Shown piece after piece: positions 27,101 to 41,639 of a stretch of 64,000 nt of DNA. Made by a program: the position numbers and the translations under genes. This DNA is from Eledone cirrhosa (taxonomy: Eukaryota): positions 313,658,001 to 313,722,000 of the forward strand of contig OZ024742.1 in assembly GCA_964016885.1 (NCBI GenBank), in the 5' to 3' direction. The notes under the pieces are model-generated. The model was not told the origin of the DNA, ran no database searches, and worked only from the letters and a program-made list of their open reading frames with translations. Positions within the stretch are counted from its first letter, which is position 1; each line of letters opens with the position of its first letter.

Positions 27101-30100
27101 AACACAACATAAATACAGATATGTGTAACCCATAACATAAATACAGGTATGTGTAACACAACATAAATACAGATATGTGTAACCCATAACATAAATATAG
27201 ATATGTGTAACACAATATAAATATACATATGTGTAACACAATATAAATACAGATATGTGTAACAACAGAAATACAGATATGTGCAACCCATAACATAAAT
27301 ACAGATATGTGTAACACAACATAAATACAGATATGTGTAACACAACATAAATACAGATATGTGTAATCCATAACATAAATACAGATATGTGTAACTCATA
27401 ACATAAAATATAGATAAGTGTAACCCACAACATAAATACAGATATGTGTAACACAACATAAATACAGATATGTGTAACCCATGACATAAATACAGATATG
27501 TGTAACCAATAACATAAATACAGATATGTGTAACCCATAACATACATATAGATATGTGTAACACAACATAAATATAGATATGTGTAACACAACATAAATA
27601 TAGATATGTGTAACACAACATAAATACTGATATGTGTAACCCATAACATAAATACAGATATGTGTAACACAACATAAATACAGATATGTGTAACACAACA
27701 TAAATACAGATACGTGTAACCCATAACATAAATATAGATCTGTGTAACACAAGATAAATGCAGATATGTGTAATCCACAACATAAATACAGATATGTGTA
27801 ACCCATAACATAAATACAGATATGTGTAACTCATAACATAAATATAGATATGTGTAACACAACATAAATACAGATATGTGTAACACAACATAAATACAGA
27901 TATGTGTAACACAACATAAATACAGATATGTGTAACACAACATAAATACAGATATGTGTAACACATAACATAAATATAGATATGTGTAACACATGACATA
28001 AATACATATATATGTAACAAAATAACATAAATATAGATATGTGTAACACAACATAAATACAGATATGTGTAACACAACATGAATATAGATATGTGTAACC
28101 CATAACATAAATATAGATATGTGTAACACAACATAATTACAGATATGTGTAACACAACATAAATATAGATATGTGTAACACAACATAAATACAGATATGT
28201 ATAACCCATAACATAAATACAGATATGTGTAACACAACATAAATACAGATATGTGTAACACAACATAAATACAGATATGTGATACCCATGACATAAATAT
28301 TGATATGTGTAACACAAGATAAATGCAGATATGTGTAATCCACAACATAAATACAGATATGTGTAACACAACATAAATACAGATATGTGTAACCCATAAC
28401 ATAAATACAGATATGTGTAACTCATAACATAAATACAGATATGTGTAACACAACATAAATACAGATATGTGTAACCCATAACATAAATATAGATATGTGT
28501 AACACAACATAAATACAGATATGTGTAACACAACATAAATACAGATATGTGTAACACAACATAAATACAGATATGTGTAACACAACATAAATACAGATAT
28601 GTGTAACCCATAACCTAAATATAGATATGTGTAACACATGACATAAATACAGATATGTGTAACCCACAACATAAATATAGATATGTGTAACACAACATAA
28701 ATACAGATATGTGTAACACAACATAAATACAGATATGTGTAACCCATAACATAAATATAGATATGTGTAACACAACATAAATACAGATATGTGTAACACA
28801 ACATAAATATAGATATGTGTAACACAACATAAATACAGATATGTGTAACCCATAACAAATACAGATATGTGTAACACAACATAAATACAGATATATGTAA
28901 CACAACATAAATACAGATATGTGTAACACAACATAAATACAGATATGTGTAACACAATATAAATACAGATATGTGTAACACAACATAAATACAGATATGT
29001 GTAACCCATAACATAAATATAGATATGTGTAACACAACATAAATACAGATATGTGTAACCCATAACATAAACACAGATATGTGTAACTCATAACATAAAT
29101 ACAGATATGTGTAACCCATAACATAAATACAGATATGTGTAACACAAGATAAATGCAGAAATGTGTAATCCACAACATAAATACAGATATGTGTAACACA
29201 ACATAAATACAGATATGTGTAACACAACATAAATACAGATATGTGTAACACAATATAAATACAGATATGTGTAACACAACATAAATACAGATATGTGTAA
29301 CCCATAACATAAATATAGATATGTGTAACACAACATAAAAACAGATATGTGTAACCCACAACATAAATATAGATATGTGTAACACAACATAAATATAGAT
29401 ATGTGTAACACAACATAAATACAGATATGTGTAACACAAGATAAATGCAGATATGTGTAATCCACAACATAAATACAGATATGTGTAACACAACATAAAT
29501 ACAGATATGTGTAACACAACATAAATACAGATATGTGTAACACAATATAAATACAGATATGTGTAACACAACATAAATACAGATATGTGTAACCCATAAC
29601 ATAAATATAGATATGTGTAACACAACATAAATACAGATATGTGTAACCATAACAAATACAGATATGTGTTACACAACATAAATACAGATATGTGTAACAC
29701 AACATAAGTACAGATATGTGTAACCCATAACATAAATATAGATATGTGTAACACAATATAAATATAGATATGTGTAACACAATATAAATACAGATATGTG
29801 TAACAACAGAAATACAGATATGTGCAACCCATAACATAAATACAGATATGTGTAATACAACATAAATACAGATATGTGTAACACAACATAAATACAGATA
29901 TGTGTAATCCATAACATAAATACAGATATCTGTAACTCATAACATAAAATATAGATAAGTGTTACCCACAACATAAATACAGATATGTGTAACACAACAT
30001 AAATACAGATATGTGTAACACAAGATAAATGCAGATATGTGTAACCCACAACATAAATACAGATATGTGTAACACAACATAAATACAGATATGTGTAACA

Positions 30101-32648
30101 CAATATAAATACAGATATGTGTAACACAACATAAATACAGATATGTGTAACCCATAACATAAATATAGATATGTGTAACACAACATAAATACAGATATGT
30201 GTAACCATAACAAATACAGATATGTGTTACACAACATAAATACAGATATGTGTAATGCAACATAAATACAGATATGTGTAACCCATAACATAAATATAGA
30301 TATGTGTAACACAATATAAATATAGATATGTGTAACACAATATAAATACAGATATGTGTAACAACAGAAATACAGATATGTGCAACCCATAACATAAATA
30401 CAGATATGTGTAACACAACATAAATACAGATATGTGTAACACAACATAAATACAGATATGTGTAATCCATAACATAAATACAGATATCTGTAACTCATAA
30501 CATAAAATATAGATAAGTGTTACCCACAACATAAATACAGATATGTGTAACACAACATAAATACAGATATGTGTAACCCATGACATAAATACAGATATGT
30601 GTAACCCATAACATAAATACAGATATGTGTAACACAACATAAATACAGATATGTGTAACCCATAACATAAATACAGATATGTGTAACACAACATAAATAC
30701 AGATATGTGTAATCCATAACATAAATATAGATATGTGTAACACAACATAAATACAGATATGTGTAACACAACATAAATACAGATATGTGTAACACAACAT
30801 AAATACAGATATGTGTAACCTATAACATAAATATAGATATGTGTAACACATGACATAAATACAGATATGTCTAACCCATAACATAAATATAAATATGTGT
30901 AACACAACATAAATACAGATATGTGTAACACAACATAAATACAGATATGTGTAACCCATAACATAAATATAGCTATGTGTAACACAACATAAATACAGAT
31001 ATGTGTAACACAGCATAAATATAGATATGTGTAACACAACATAAATACTGATATGTGTAACCCATAACATAAATACAGATATGTGTAACACAACATAAAT
31101 ACAGATATGTGTAACACAACATAAATACAGATATGTGTAACACAACATAAATACAGATATGTGTAACCCATAACATAAATATAGATATGTGTAACACAAG
31201 ATAAATGCAGATATGTGTAACCCATAACATAAATATAGATATGTGTAACACAACATAAATACAGATATGTGTAACACAACATAAATACAGATATGTGTAA
31301 CACAACATAACTACAGATATGTGTAACACAACATAAATACAGATATGTGTAACACATAACATAAATATAGATATGTGTAACACATGACATAAATACAGAT
31401 ATGTGTAACAAAATAACATAAATATAGATACGTGTAACACAACATAAATACAGATATGTGTAACACAACATAAATACAGATGTGTAACCCATAACATAAA
31501 TATAGATATCTGTAACACAACATAAATACAGATATGTGTAACACAACATAAATATAGATATGTGTAACACAACATAAATACAGATATGTGTAACACAACA
31601 TAAATACAGATATGTGTAACACAACATAAATACATATATGTGTAACACAACATAAATACAGATATGTGTAACACAACATAAATACAGATATGTGTAACCC
31701 ATAACATAAATATAGATATGTGTAACACATGACATAAATACAGATATGTGTAACCCATAACATAAATATAGATATGTGTAACACATGACATAAATACAGA
31801 TATGTGTAACCCATAACATAAATATAGATATGTGTAACACAACATAAATACAGATATTTGTAACACAACATAAATACAGATATGTGTAACCCATAACATA
31901 AATATAGATATGTGTAACACAACATAAATACAGATATGTGTAACACAACATAAATATAGATATGTGTAACACAACATAAATACAGATATGTGTAACCCAT
32001 AACATAAATACAGATATGTGTAACACAACATAAATACAGATATGTGTAACACAACATAAATACAGATATGTGTAACACAACATAAATACAGATATGTGTA
32101 ACCCATAACATAAATATAGATATGTGTAACCCATAACATAAATACAGATATGTGTAACACAAGATAAATGCAGATATGTGTAATCCACAACATAAATACA
32201 GATATGTGTAACACAACATAAATACAGATATGTCTAACACAACATAAATACAGATATGTGTAACACAACATAAATACAGGTATGTGTAACACAACATAAA
32301 TACAGATATGTGTAACACAACATAAATACAGATATGTGTAACAACATAAATACAGATATGTGTAACACAACATAAATACAGATATGTGTAACACAACATA
32401 AATACAGATATGTGTAACACAACATAAATACAGATATGTGTAACACAACATAAATACAGATATGTGTAACACAACATAAATGCAGATATGTGTAACACAA
32501 CATAAATACAGATATGTGTAACACAACATAAATACAGATATGTGTAACACAACATAAATACAGATATGTGTAACACAACATAAATACAGATATGTATAAC
32601 ACAACATAAATACAGATATGTGTAACATAACATAAATACAGATATGTG

Positions 32649-33605
32649 CTGAAACAGCAAGCAGCAAACAGCCATAGGAAACAAGTACCACCAATCTCTG
32701 GGAGGGCCCTGTAGAAACAGTAGACAGCTTCTCCTACCTAGGTGACCGAATTAGCAACGGAGGTGGGTGTTCATAAAGTATAATAACTAGGGTAAGAACG
32801 GGACGGAAGAAGTTTAGGGAACTACTACCACTGCTAGCTGCAAAAGGCTTCTCCCTCAGAATGAAAGGCAGACTGTATGATGCGTGTATCCGAACAGCGA
32901 TGTTGCATGGTAGTGAGACCTGGGCGCTGAAGGTGGAAGACTTACGTAGATTAGAGAGAAACGAAGCCTGCATGCTCCGATGGATGTGTAACAGTAATAT
33001 ACGTGAACGACAAAGCATAAATGAATTGAGAGAGAGACTGAGCATAAGAGGAATCAAATGCTGTGTGCAGGAGAGGTGGTTGAGCTGGTATGGACATGTG
33101 ATGCGTATGAAGGATGACAGCTGCATAAAAAGGTGCAGAGCACTAGAAGTTGATGGAAACCGCGGAGTGGGGAGACTTAAGATGACCTGGGATGAGGTGA
33201 TAAAAGCCGACCTTACCCAATTACACCTCTCAAAGACAATGACACACGACCGTGACTTCTGGCGTCACGCAGTAATACAGAGTACCCGACCTCTCATGGG
33301 TACATGCTGAAGCATATAAACAATATGCCCCCACATCCCCCACCGCAAGGTGGTCGTGGAGGTGCCACGGAAAAAAGCACCCAGCCCACACTGTAAAGTG
33401 GACGTGTAGGCGCCACGAAAAAGCACCCAGCACTCACTGTAAATGAGGTTGGTGTTAGGAATGGCATCCAGCTGTAGAAATCAAGCCAGATCAGTTCCTG
33501 TATGAGCAAGCTATGGTCAGCCGACCAGACACTGCACACAACAGGACAACCCGTCTAACCCATGCTAGCGTGGAAGAATGGACGTAAAACGGTGATGATG
33601 ATGAT
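32649..33605 (+). mobile_element. RTE (sister subfamily), 5'-truncated, in the satellite
   Basis: FSYLGD and MKGRLYDACIRTAMLHGSETW; (TGA)n tail; possible TSD atgtg. Confidence 0.95.
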
Positions 33606-35732
33606 CATGTGTAACACAACATAAATACAGATATGCGTAACACAACAGAAATACAGATATGTGTAATCCACAACATAAATACAGATATGTGTTCCACAAC
33701 ATAAATACAGATATGTGTAACACAACATAAATACAGATATGTGTAACCCATAATATAAATACAGATATGTGTAAACCCATAACATAAATATAGATATGTG
33801 TAACACAACATAAATACAGATATGTGTAACCCATAACATAAATATAGATATGTGTAACACAACATAAATACAGATATGTGTAACACAACATAAATATAGA
33901 TATGTGTAACACAACATAAATATAGATATGTGTAACACAACATAAATACAGATATGTGTAACATAACATAAATATAGATATGTGTAACATAACATAAATA
34001 CAGATATGTGTAACACAACATAAACACAGATATCTGTAACACAACATAAATATAGATATGTGTAACATAACATAAATACAGATATGTGTAACACAACATA
34101 AATACAGATATGTGTAACACAACATAAATATAGATATGTGTAACACAACATAAATACAGATATGTGTAACACAACATAAATATAGATATGTGTAACACAA
34201 CATAAATATAGATATGTGTAACATAACATAAATACAGATGTGTAACACAACATAAATACAGATATGTGTAACACAACATAAATATAGATATGTGTAACAC
34301 AACATAAATATAGATATGTGTAACCCATAACATAAATACAGATATGTGTAACCCATAACATAAATACAGATATGTGTAACCCATAACATAAATACAGATA
34401 TGTGTAACCCATAACATAAATACAGATATGTGTAACCCATAACATAAATACAGATATGTGTAACCCATAACATAAATACAGATATGTGTAACCCATAACG
34501 TAAATACAGATATGTGTAACCCATAACATAAATACAGATATGTGTAACCCATAACATAAATACAGATATGCGTAACACAACAGAAATACAGATATGTGTA
34601 ACCCATAACATAAATACAGATATGTGTAATACAACATAAATACAGATATGTGTAACATAACATAAATACAGATATGTGTAACCCATAACATAAATACAGA
34701 TATGTGTAATACAACATAAATACAGATATGTGTAACATAACATAAATACAGATATGTGTAACCCATAACATAAATACAGATATGTGTAATACAACATAAA
34801 TACAGATATGTGTAACATAACATAAATACAGATATGTGTAACCCATAACATAAATACAGATATGTGTAACATAACATAAATACAGATATGTGTAACCCAT
34901 AACATAAATACAGATATGTGTAATACAACATAAATACAGATATGTGTAACATAACATAAATACAGATATGTGTAACCCATAACATAAATACAGATATGTG
35001 TAATACAACATAAATACAGATATGTGTAACATAACATAAATACAGATATGTGTAACCCATAACATAAATACAGATATGTGTAACATAACATAAATACAGA
35101 TATGTGTAACCCATAACATAAATACAGATATGTGTAATACAACATAAATACAGATATGTGTAACATAACATAAATACAGATATGTGTAACCCATAACATA
35201 AATACAGATATGTGTAATACAACATAAATACAGATATGTGTAACATAACATAAATACAGATATGTGTAACCCATAACATAAATACAGATATGTGTAACAT
35301 AACATAAATACAGATATGTGTAACCCATAACATAAATACAGATATGTGTAATACAACATAAATACAGATATGTGTAACATAACATAAATACAGATATGTG
35401 TAACACAACATAAATACAGATATGTGTAACCCACAACATAAATACAGATATGTGTAACACATGACATAAATACAGATATGTGCACACCCACATCATCACA
35501 TGTCCCTTCCACATCACTACCCCCCACACCACCCCTCCACATCACCACACGTCCCCCCACACCACACTTCCCCTCCACATCACCACACAACCCCTCCACC
35601 TCATCACATGTTCCCTGCACATCATCACTTATAACTACCTGACCCCCCATCAAGCAGGGTCAGTTACTCTCTCTAACTCCCCGCCCTCCTCTTGTCATTT
35701 ACACATGATATACCTGTTGGGTATATTTAGCA

Positions 35733-35860
35733 TGGTACGTGGCTTAGTGATTAGGGAGTTGTATTCATGATTATGGGGTTGTGAGTCAAATTCCTTGACT
35801 GGACAAGGGGTTATGTGCTTGAGCAAGACACTTTATTTCACATTGCTCCATCTGCCAAGA
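35733..35860 (+). mobile_element. tRNA-SINE head with CORE/V-like block (decayed)
   Basis: gtggcttagtg A box; cttgagcaagacactttatttcacattgctcca. Confidence 0.7.
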
Positions 35861-36256
35861 GTTGCAACCAGTAGATAGTATCAGCAATTGGAAAGATCAA
35901 TGGAAACATTGTTTCCTTGGTCCGATCTGACGAGTTTAACCCCATTTGGTAAGTGAATGATGCCTGGGATCTTGTTTATTCTATATAGCATGACACATAA
36001 GTTACTTGGTTGCTTCTTAGTTACAAATAGAATCAATTTGTTTGTTAGGCTTCCAAACAATTTCTACCTACCCAGATTCACTTATAAGGCTTGGGTTGAC
36101 CCAAAGTTGTGGTTAAAGAGACTTGCCCGAGATGTCACAAAGCTGAATAAAACTTGAGACTTGATTTGGAAGCAGACTTCTGAACCATTTGGCCTTGCTT
36201 ACCTAAAAATCTTGACTTTACTATATAACAACATACTGCATTCTATTATATTTTGG

Positions 36257-36438
36257 ATTGGAAGTATCGGTAGAGGGTCGGACGCCATGCTTTGACGCAT
36301 AGAGTTACCGCCTTTGCCATTTTGAGTTCAAATCCCGCCGAGGTTAACTTTGCCTTTCATCCTTACGGGGTCGATAAAATAAAGTACCAGTAATGTACTG
36401 GGATAATTGCTGGCCTTGTGCCAAAAGAAGAAACAATT
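36257..36438 (+). mobile_element. Meta-like tRNA-SINE, near full length
   Basis: A and B boxes, gcctttcatccttacggggtcgataaaataaagtaccag, AT-rich end. Confidence 0.88.
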
Positions 36439-36689
36439 ATATTTCTGCATTACTATACTGCATTATACAAACACAGATACAATGTATATATATATTACTT
36501 AATATACATGACACACAGTGTAGCCTCTACATGGTATGGTCACGTAACTCCTGAGTTGTAAGGACACCATAGTGGCATACAATTTAAACTTGGCAGAGCA
36601 CATCTCCTCTCCAGGTTTGAATACAGCAGATTTCTTTCAGAGAAGGATAGAAAGTGAGAGAGGAAGTGAAGAAGAGATATAGAGGAAGA

Positions 36690-36840
36690 ATCGACCCCAG
36701 TACTAGACTGGTACTTTTTTTATTAACCATGAAAGGATGAAAGGCAAAGTTGACCTTGGTGGGATTTGAACTGAGAAAGCAGAAAATCGGAACGAATACC
36801 ACAAAACATTCTATCTGATGTTCTAATGACTCTGTCAATT
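36690..36840 (-). mobile_element. Older Meta-like SINE
   Basis: ctggtact...gaaaggatgaaaggcaaagttgacc. Confidence 0.7.
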
Positions 36841-36858
36841 TTTTGCCTAAGGTACATT

Positions 36859-37136
36859 CTTAAGTCTGTCTTAAGCCAGAAGGCTCATTTGGCTGCTGCT
36901 TATCCCGGTTTCATGATGTCAAGCGACTGAGAATACAAAACTTCCCCCTGGAGAGGACGCCAGTCCATCGCAGGGTTAAACCCTCAGCTATTACTGGTAC
37001 TCATTTGCAGCTGAGTATACTGGAGCAACATGAAATAAAGTGTTTTGCTCAAGAACACAACACACAACCCAGGAATCAAATCTATGACATTATGATCGTA
37101 AGCCCAACACCCTTACCACTAGGTCACGTGCCTCCA
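36859..37136 (-). mobile_element. tRNA-SINE with V-domain-like motif and 13-bp TSD
   Basis: TSD cctaaggtacatt at 36846-36858 and 37137-37149; internal ggacgccagtccatcgcaggg. Confidence 0.85.
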
Positions 37137-37349
37137 CCTAAGGTACATTAAGGGTACAAATATCTTACATACCATTTCAAGCGTTAGGCGTTCAGTGATT
37201 GAACAGCTGAATGCTCAGAGGATCCATCAAATTACATCATATTATATTACCACTACAGCACTACTCATGCAATGTGTTTACACCAACCACACCAGATCAC
37301 ACTGCATTACAATGGAAAGAAAAGCATAATGCCTGCAGGCAGATATATT

Positions 37350-37453
37350 TTAATATCTCATGTATTTCTGTTGTATAAAATTGTATACAATAACAGAAGC
37401 AACGACATATACTATAAAAGCAGCTACAACAATCAAAGCAATAACAATGGTTA
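37350..37453 (-). CDS. Candidate terminal exon encoding a transmembrane helix and short tail
   Basis: ttcttgcag acceptor, then (phase 1) TIVIALIVVAAFIVYVVASVIVYNFIQQKYMRY*; no upstream exon identified. Confidence 0.3.
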
Positions 37454-37680
37454 CTGCAAGAATCCAGTTTCATATGGGAATATTAAATTTTTTATAAAAG
37501 GATCAAGCTATATTGTTTGTAGGGAGGTTGTGGAATATTGTATCAATTTGCAGCCTTGAAGCATAAACCAACATCCATCTTAAAGGCAGAAAATATTGAT
37601 TTCTTTTGACTAAGTATTGGTGTATTTATTTAGAGGAATATGGTATAGTGAGGGGAAATAAAGTTTTGTATATATTACTG
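37439..37680 (+). repeat. Left arm of long-range inverted repeat (unique part)
   Basis: Near-identical reverse complement of 48299-48530. Confidence 0.95.
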
Positions 37681-38737
37681 GTATATATGAACCAATGTAT
37701 ATATATTACTGGTATATATTAGCTAGTGATGGGTTTATATATTACTGGTATATATTAGCTAGTGATGGGTGTATATATTACTGGTATATATTAGCTAGTG
37801 CTGTGTGTATATATTGCTGGTATATATTAGCTAGTGATGGGTATATATATTACTGGTATATATTAGCTAGTGATGGGTGTATATATTACTGGTATATGTT
37901 AGCTAGTGATGGGTATATATATTACTGGCATATATTTGCTAGTGATGGGTGTATATATTACTGGTATATATTAGCTAGTGATGGGTATATATATTACTGG
38001 CATATATTAGCTAGTGATGGGTATATATATTACTGGCATATATTAGCTAGTGATGGGTATATATATTACTGGTATATATTAGCTAGTGATGGGTGTATAT
38101 ATATTACTGGTATATATTAACTAGTGATGGGTATATATATTACTGGTATATATTAGCTAGTGATAGGTGTATATATATTACTGGTATATATAAGCTAGTG
38201 ATGGGTATATATATTACTGGTATTTATTAGCTAGTGATATGTGTATATATTACTGGTATATGTTAGCTAGTGATGGGTATATATATTAGCTAGTGATGTA
38301 TATATATATTAGTGGTATATATTAGCTAGTGATGGGTATATATATTAGCTAGTGATGTATATATATATTACTGGTATTTATTAGCTAGTGATATGTGTAT
38401 ATATTACTGGTATATGTTAGCTAGTGATGGGTGTATATATTACTGGTATATATTAGCTAGTGATGGGTGTATATATTACTGGTATATATTCGCTAGTGAT
38501 AGGTATATATTTTACTGGTATATATTAGCTAATGATGGGTGTATATATTAGCTAGTGCTGTGTGTATATATTAGTTAGTGATGTGTGTATATATTGCTAT
38601 GTATTAGCTAGTGATGGGTGTATATTAGTAGTATATCTTAGCTAGTGATTAGTGTATATATTACTAGTATATATTAGCTAGTGTTGTTAGTGTATATTAC
38701 TGGTATATATTAGCTAGTGATGTATGTAGATATTTTT

Positions 38738-38920
38738 TTCTACTTTTGTCACAAGGCCAGCAATTATCCCAGTGTATTACTGGTACTTTATTTTATCAAC
38801 CCCATAAAGATGAAAGGCAAAGTTAAACTCGGCAGGATTTGAACTCAGATCATAAAGAGCTGTAACTCTTTGCTGCAAAGCATGGCATCTGACCCTCTAC
38901 CGATACTGCCAATCCACCAA
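38738..38920 (-). mobile_element. Meta-like SINE inserted in the minisatellite
   Basis: Same consensus as the 36257 copy. Confidence 0.87.
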
Positions 38921-38936
38921 CCTTTGTATGTATATA

Positions 38937-39393
38937 CTAGCAGTGGTACCCGGCGTTGCACGGGATAAGGTATTGTGAAATATATAACCGCCTTAGTTAA
39001 GCTTAGTATTGCCACAACCATGGCTGGCAAAGAAGTAAGGGTCTGGTGATACGTAAGTAAGCAACACTGTGGCTTAAAACGTGAGGAAGAAGTTGTGTGC
39101 ACTTACCAACTGTTTGGGGAATGAGTGTGAGATTTGTCTTGAGCAAGGGTGGCAGAATAACTGGAGGCAGCAGACAACCAGACATACAGACAGATATTAT
39201 AAGGGTGCAACGTTATATGTATGTATCTATCTAAAAAGAGAAAGACTAAGAATTATAGAGAGAGATCACTAAATCGCCTAATGCGGTCCCTAGGGCATTG
39301 AAAATTTGTAAAGTTTGAAAACAGTCGGTTGAGTGCTTCTCAAGTTTTAGGGATTCAAACACAGACAGACATCCTCAGTTTTATATATATAGA
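38937..39393 (-). mobile_element. Non-autonomous Helitron
   Basis: Minus strand A|TCTATATATATAAAACTGAGG ... CCCGTGCAACGCCGGG hairpin, TACCACTG-CTAG|T; no TSD. Confidence 0.85.
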
Positions 39394-40277
39394 TTACTAG
39401 TATATATCAGTTAGTGATGTAAGTATATATTACTGGTATATATTAGCTACTGGTGGGTGTATATTACTAGAATATATTAGCTAGTGATGTATGTATATAT
39501 TAACTAGTGTTGTGTGTAATGTATTACTGGTATATATTAGCTTGTGTTGTGTGTATATTACTGGTATATAGTAGCTAATGATGGGTGTATATTACTGGCA
39601 TATATTAACTAGTCTTGTGTGTATATTACTGGTATATATTAGCTACTGGTGGGTGTATATATTGCTGGTATATATTATCTAGTGTTGGGTGTAGATATTA
39701 CTGGTATATATTAGCTAGTGATGTGTATATATTACTTGTACATACTAACCAATGCTGTATGTATATATTACTGGTACATATTAGCTAGTGATGTCATCAT
39801 CATCATTATCATTATTGTTTTAATGTCTGCTTCCCCTGCTAGCAAGAGTTGGACGGGTTTACATAGACCAATTTAGTACTGAAGCTGAGTCACTGATCTC
39901 CCAGGCAGGCCAGAAATCTGTGTCTCACTTTATGTATGGTTGATGCTCCACAGTCAGAAATTGGTAAAACATTATTACATCTGAGATATGCTGTTTCTCC
40001 ACTACAACTCCATCAGGAGTTATGGGTTCATCTTCTACACTACCACAACATACTCAATACACTCCCTCCCCCTCCCAAACAACCAACATATAATCCTTGT
40101 TTTTTTTTACCATACTCATAACAATGTACTTATGAAATAGATGGCCCACATCAAGATGTTTACCCCTCCCCCCAAAAAAACAAAGAAACAAAACAAAATG
40201 TACAAAGACACTTGAATAGTAACAATATAGTTTAGAGCGGATTCTTACTCATACTAAAAATGTGGCAACAACTCCAA

Positions 40278-40985
40278 GCTGGTGCCATGAAAAAAATGCA
40301 TCCAGTACATTCTATAAAGTGGTTGGCATTAGGAAGGGCATCAAGCTATAGAAATTGTGCCAAAAGGATATAGAAGGCCCTTCATTTGTATCAAGGATAC
40401 AATAGTGCATTGTGCTGGTACCTTGATAAAATGCACCCAGTGCACTCTGTGAAGTGGTTGGCATTTTGAAGGGCATCCAGCTATAGAAATTGTACCAAAA
40501 GGATATAGAGGGCTCTTTACTAACCCTTTAGCATTAACATTACTCTACATATACTATTGTATTTTCATGGTTAAGGCTTTACCTCACATAATTATCACAC
40601 AATATCGAATCTATGAGATTATGAAAGTATTTATTTTGAGAACAATACCTTAACATAAGTATAAATAACCAGTTATGGCTGGTTTGAACAGAAAGAGGTA
40701 GAGAATTCTGGCCGGTTTCGGCCGGTTTGAACACTAAAGGGTTAAGGACATGACAGTGCCTTGTGCTGGTGTCATGATAAAACTAACCTAGTTCACTCTG
40801 TAAAGTAGTTGGAGTTAGGAAAGACATCCAGCTGCATTAACCAGCTGAAATGAAACATATCTGAGCAAGATGTGTTTCCCTGACCCATCAAGGAAGATAG
40901 TCGCTTCAATTAAGTACTCACTTGGTCAGTAATGACTTGTAAAACCCAAGCCCGCATGGAAAAGTGGATGTAAAAAAAATGATGA
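40278..40985 (+). mobile_element. Tandemly triplicated RTE-type 3' motif ending in a (TGA)n tail
   Basis: gctggt...aagtggttggcatt..gaagggcatc..gct recurs at ~40278, 40414 and 40764. Confidence 0.65.
40520..40745 (+). mobile_element. piggyBac-like MITE
   Basis: taaccctttagcatt ... ctaaaggg|ttaa. Confidence 0.8.
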
Positions 40986-41224
40986 TTTACTTAGAAAATT
41001 GTCATGACTGAAGTACCTTTAATCCCAAGTCTAGCCTTAATTTGGCCTTAAGTAAGGCTAGACTTGTGATCAACTTACTACTATACCATGGCAATAGTTT
41101 AGTTTAACAATCAAGATTTCAGACCTCATTTTCTTACCAAGTGGGGTGGAACTTCTCAAATCGGAACAAGTAAACAATGTTTCCATTGTTCTTTCCATCA
41201 CTGACTCTATCTATTAGTTGCAAC

Positions 41225-41352
41225 TCCTGGCAGAAAGTACAACGTGAAATAAAGTGTCTTGCTCAAGGACATAACACATCACTCAGTCCAGGAATCGAAC
41301 TCGCAACCACACAATTACAAATCCAATTCTCTAACCAGTTTATCACGTGCCT
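41225..41352 (-). mobile_element. tRNA-SINE head with CORE/V-like block
   Basis: gtgaaataaagtgtcttgctcaagga ... ggaatcgaactc (B box reverse complement). Confidence 0.72.
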
Positions 41353-41639
41353 TGAGTAGTGGTCACTTGATGTGCAAGAAATAATAGCCAAATCTTTATC
41401 AAATCACATTCTATCATCTTCCAATAAAATGGTACAGAAACATTGGATGATGAATAATGTGTTTTTAGTTACACAAGATTAAAACAGGGATAACAATAAT
41501 TATGACAAGGATCCTTTCATCACAGGCTTGCATGATCCATGCAGACCTTGTGTTTTAATTAACAACAGCAACAGATAAAGGCATTAGGACTGCCCCCCCA
41601 TTTACTTCAGTAACAACAGTAGCAGCACCCTAGCAGCAG

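Larger units (their letters stand above)
18588..35481. repeat. ~17-kb satellite of 26-bp (ACACAACATAAATACAGATATGTGTA) and 28-bp (ACCCATAACATAAATACAGATATGTGTA) units
   Basis: Hundreds of tandem units; interrupted at 19794-21181 and 32649-33605. Confidence 0.99.
37669..39793. repeat. ~33-bp minisatellite (TATATTACTGGTATATATTAGCTAGTGATGGGTG-type)
   Basis: Tandem units interrupted by a SINE and a Helitron. Confidence 0.93.

Noticed and set aside
18588-35481. CRISPR-like appearance of regular short repeats
   Set aside because: No unique spacers, no cas genes, eukaryotic context.
18550-35653. Dozens of long minus-strand ORFs up to 1071 aa (CYTYLYLCCVTHICIYVVLHISVF repeats)
   Set aside because: The 26-bp unit has no stop in any minus frame; all three frames give the same peptide and indels are tolerated freely, so this is satellite, not protein.
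41026-41066. 14-bp-arm hairpin caagtctagcctta...taaggctagacttg
   Set aside because: Single copy with no associated structure; likely a local fold-back duplication.
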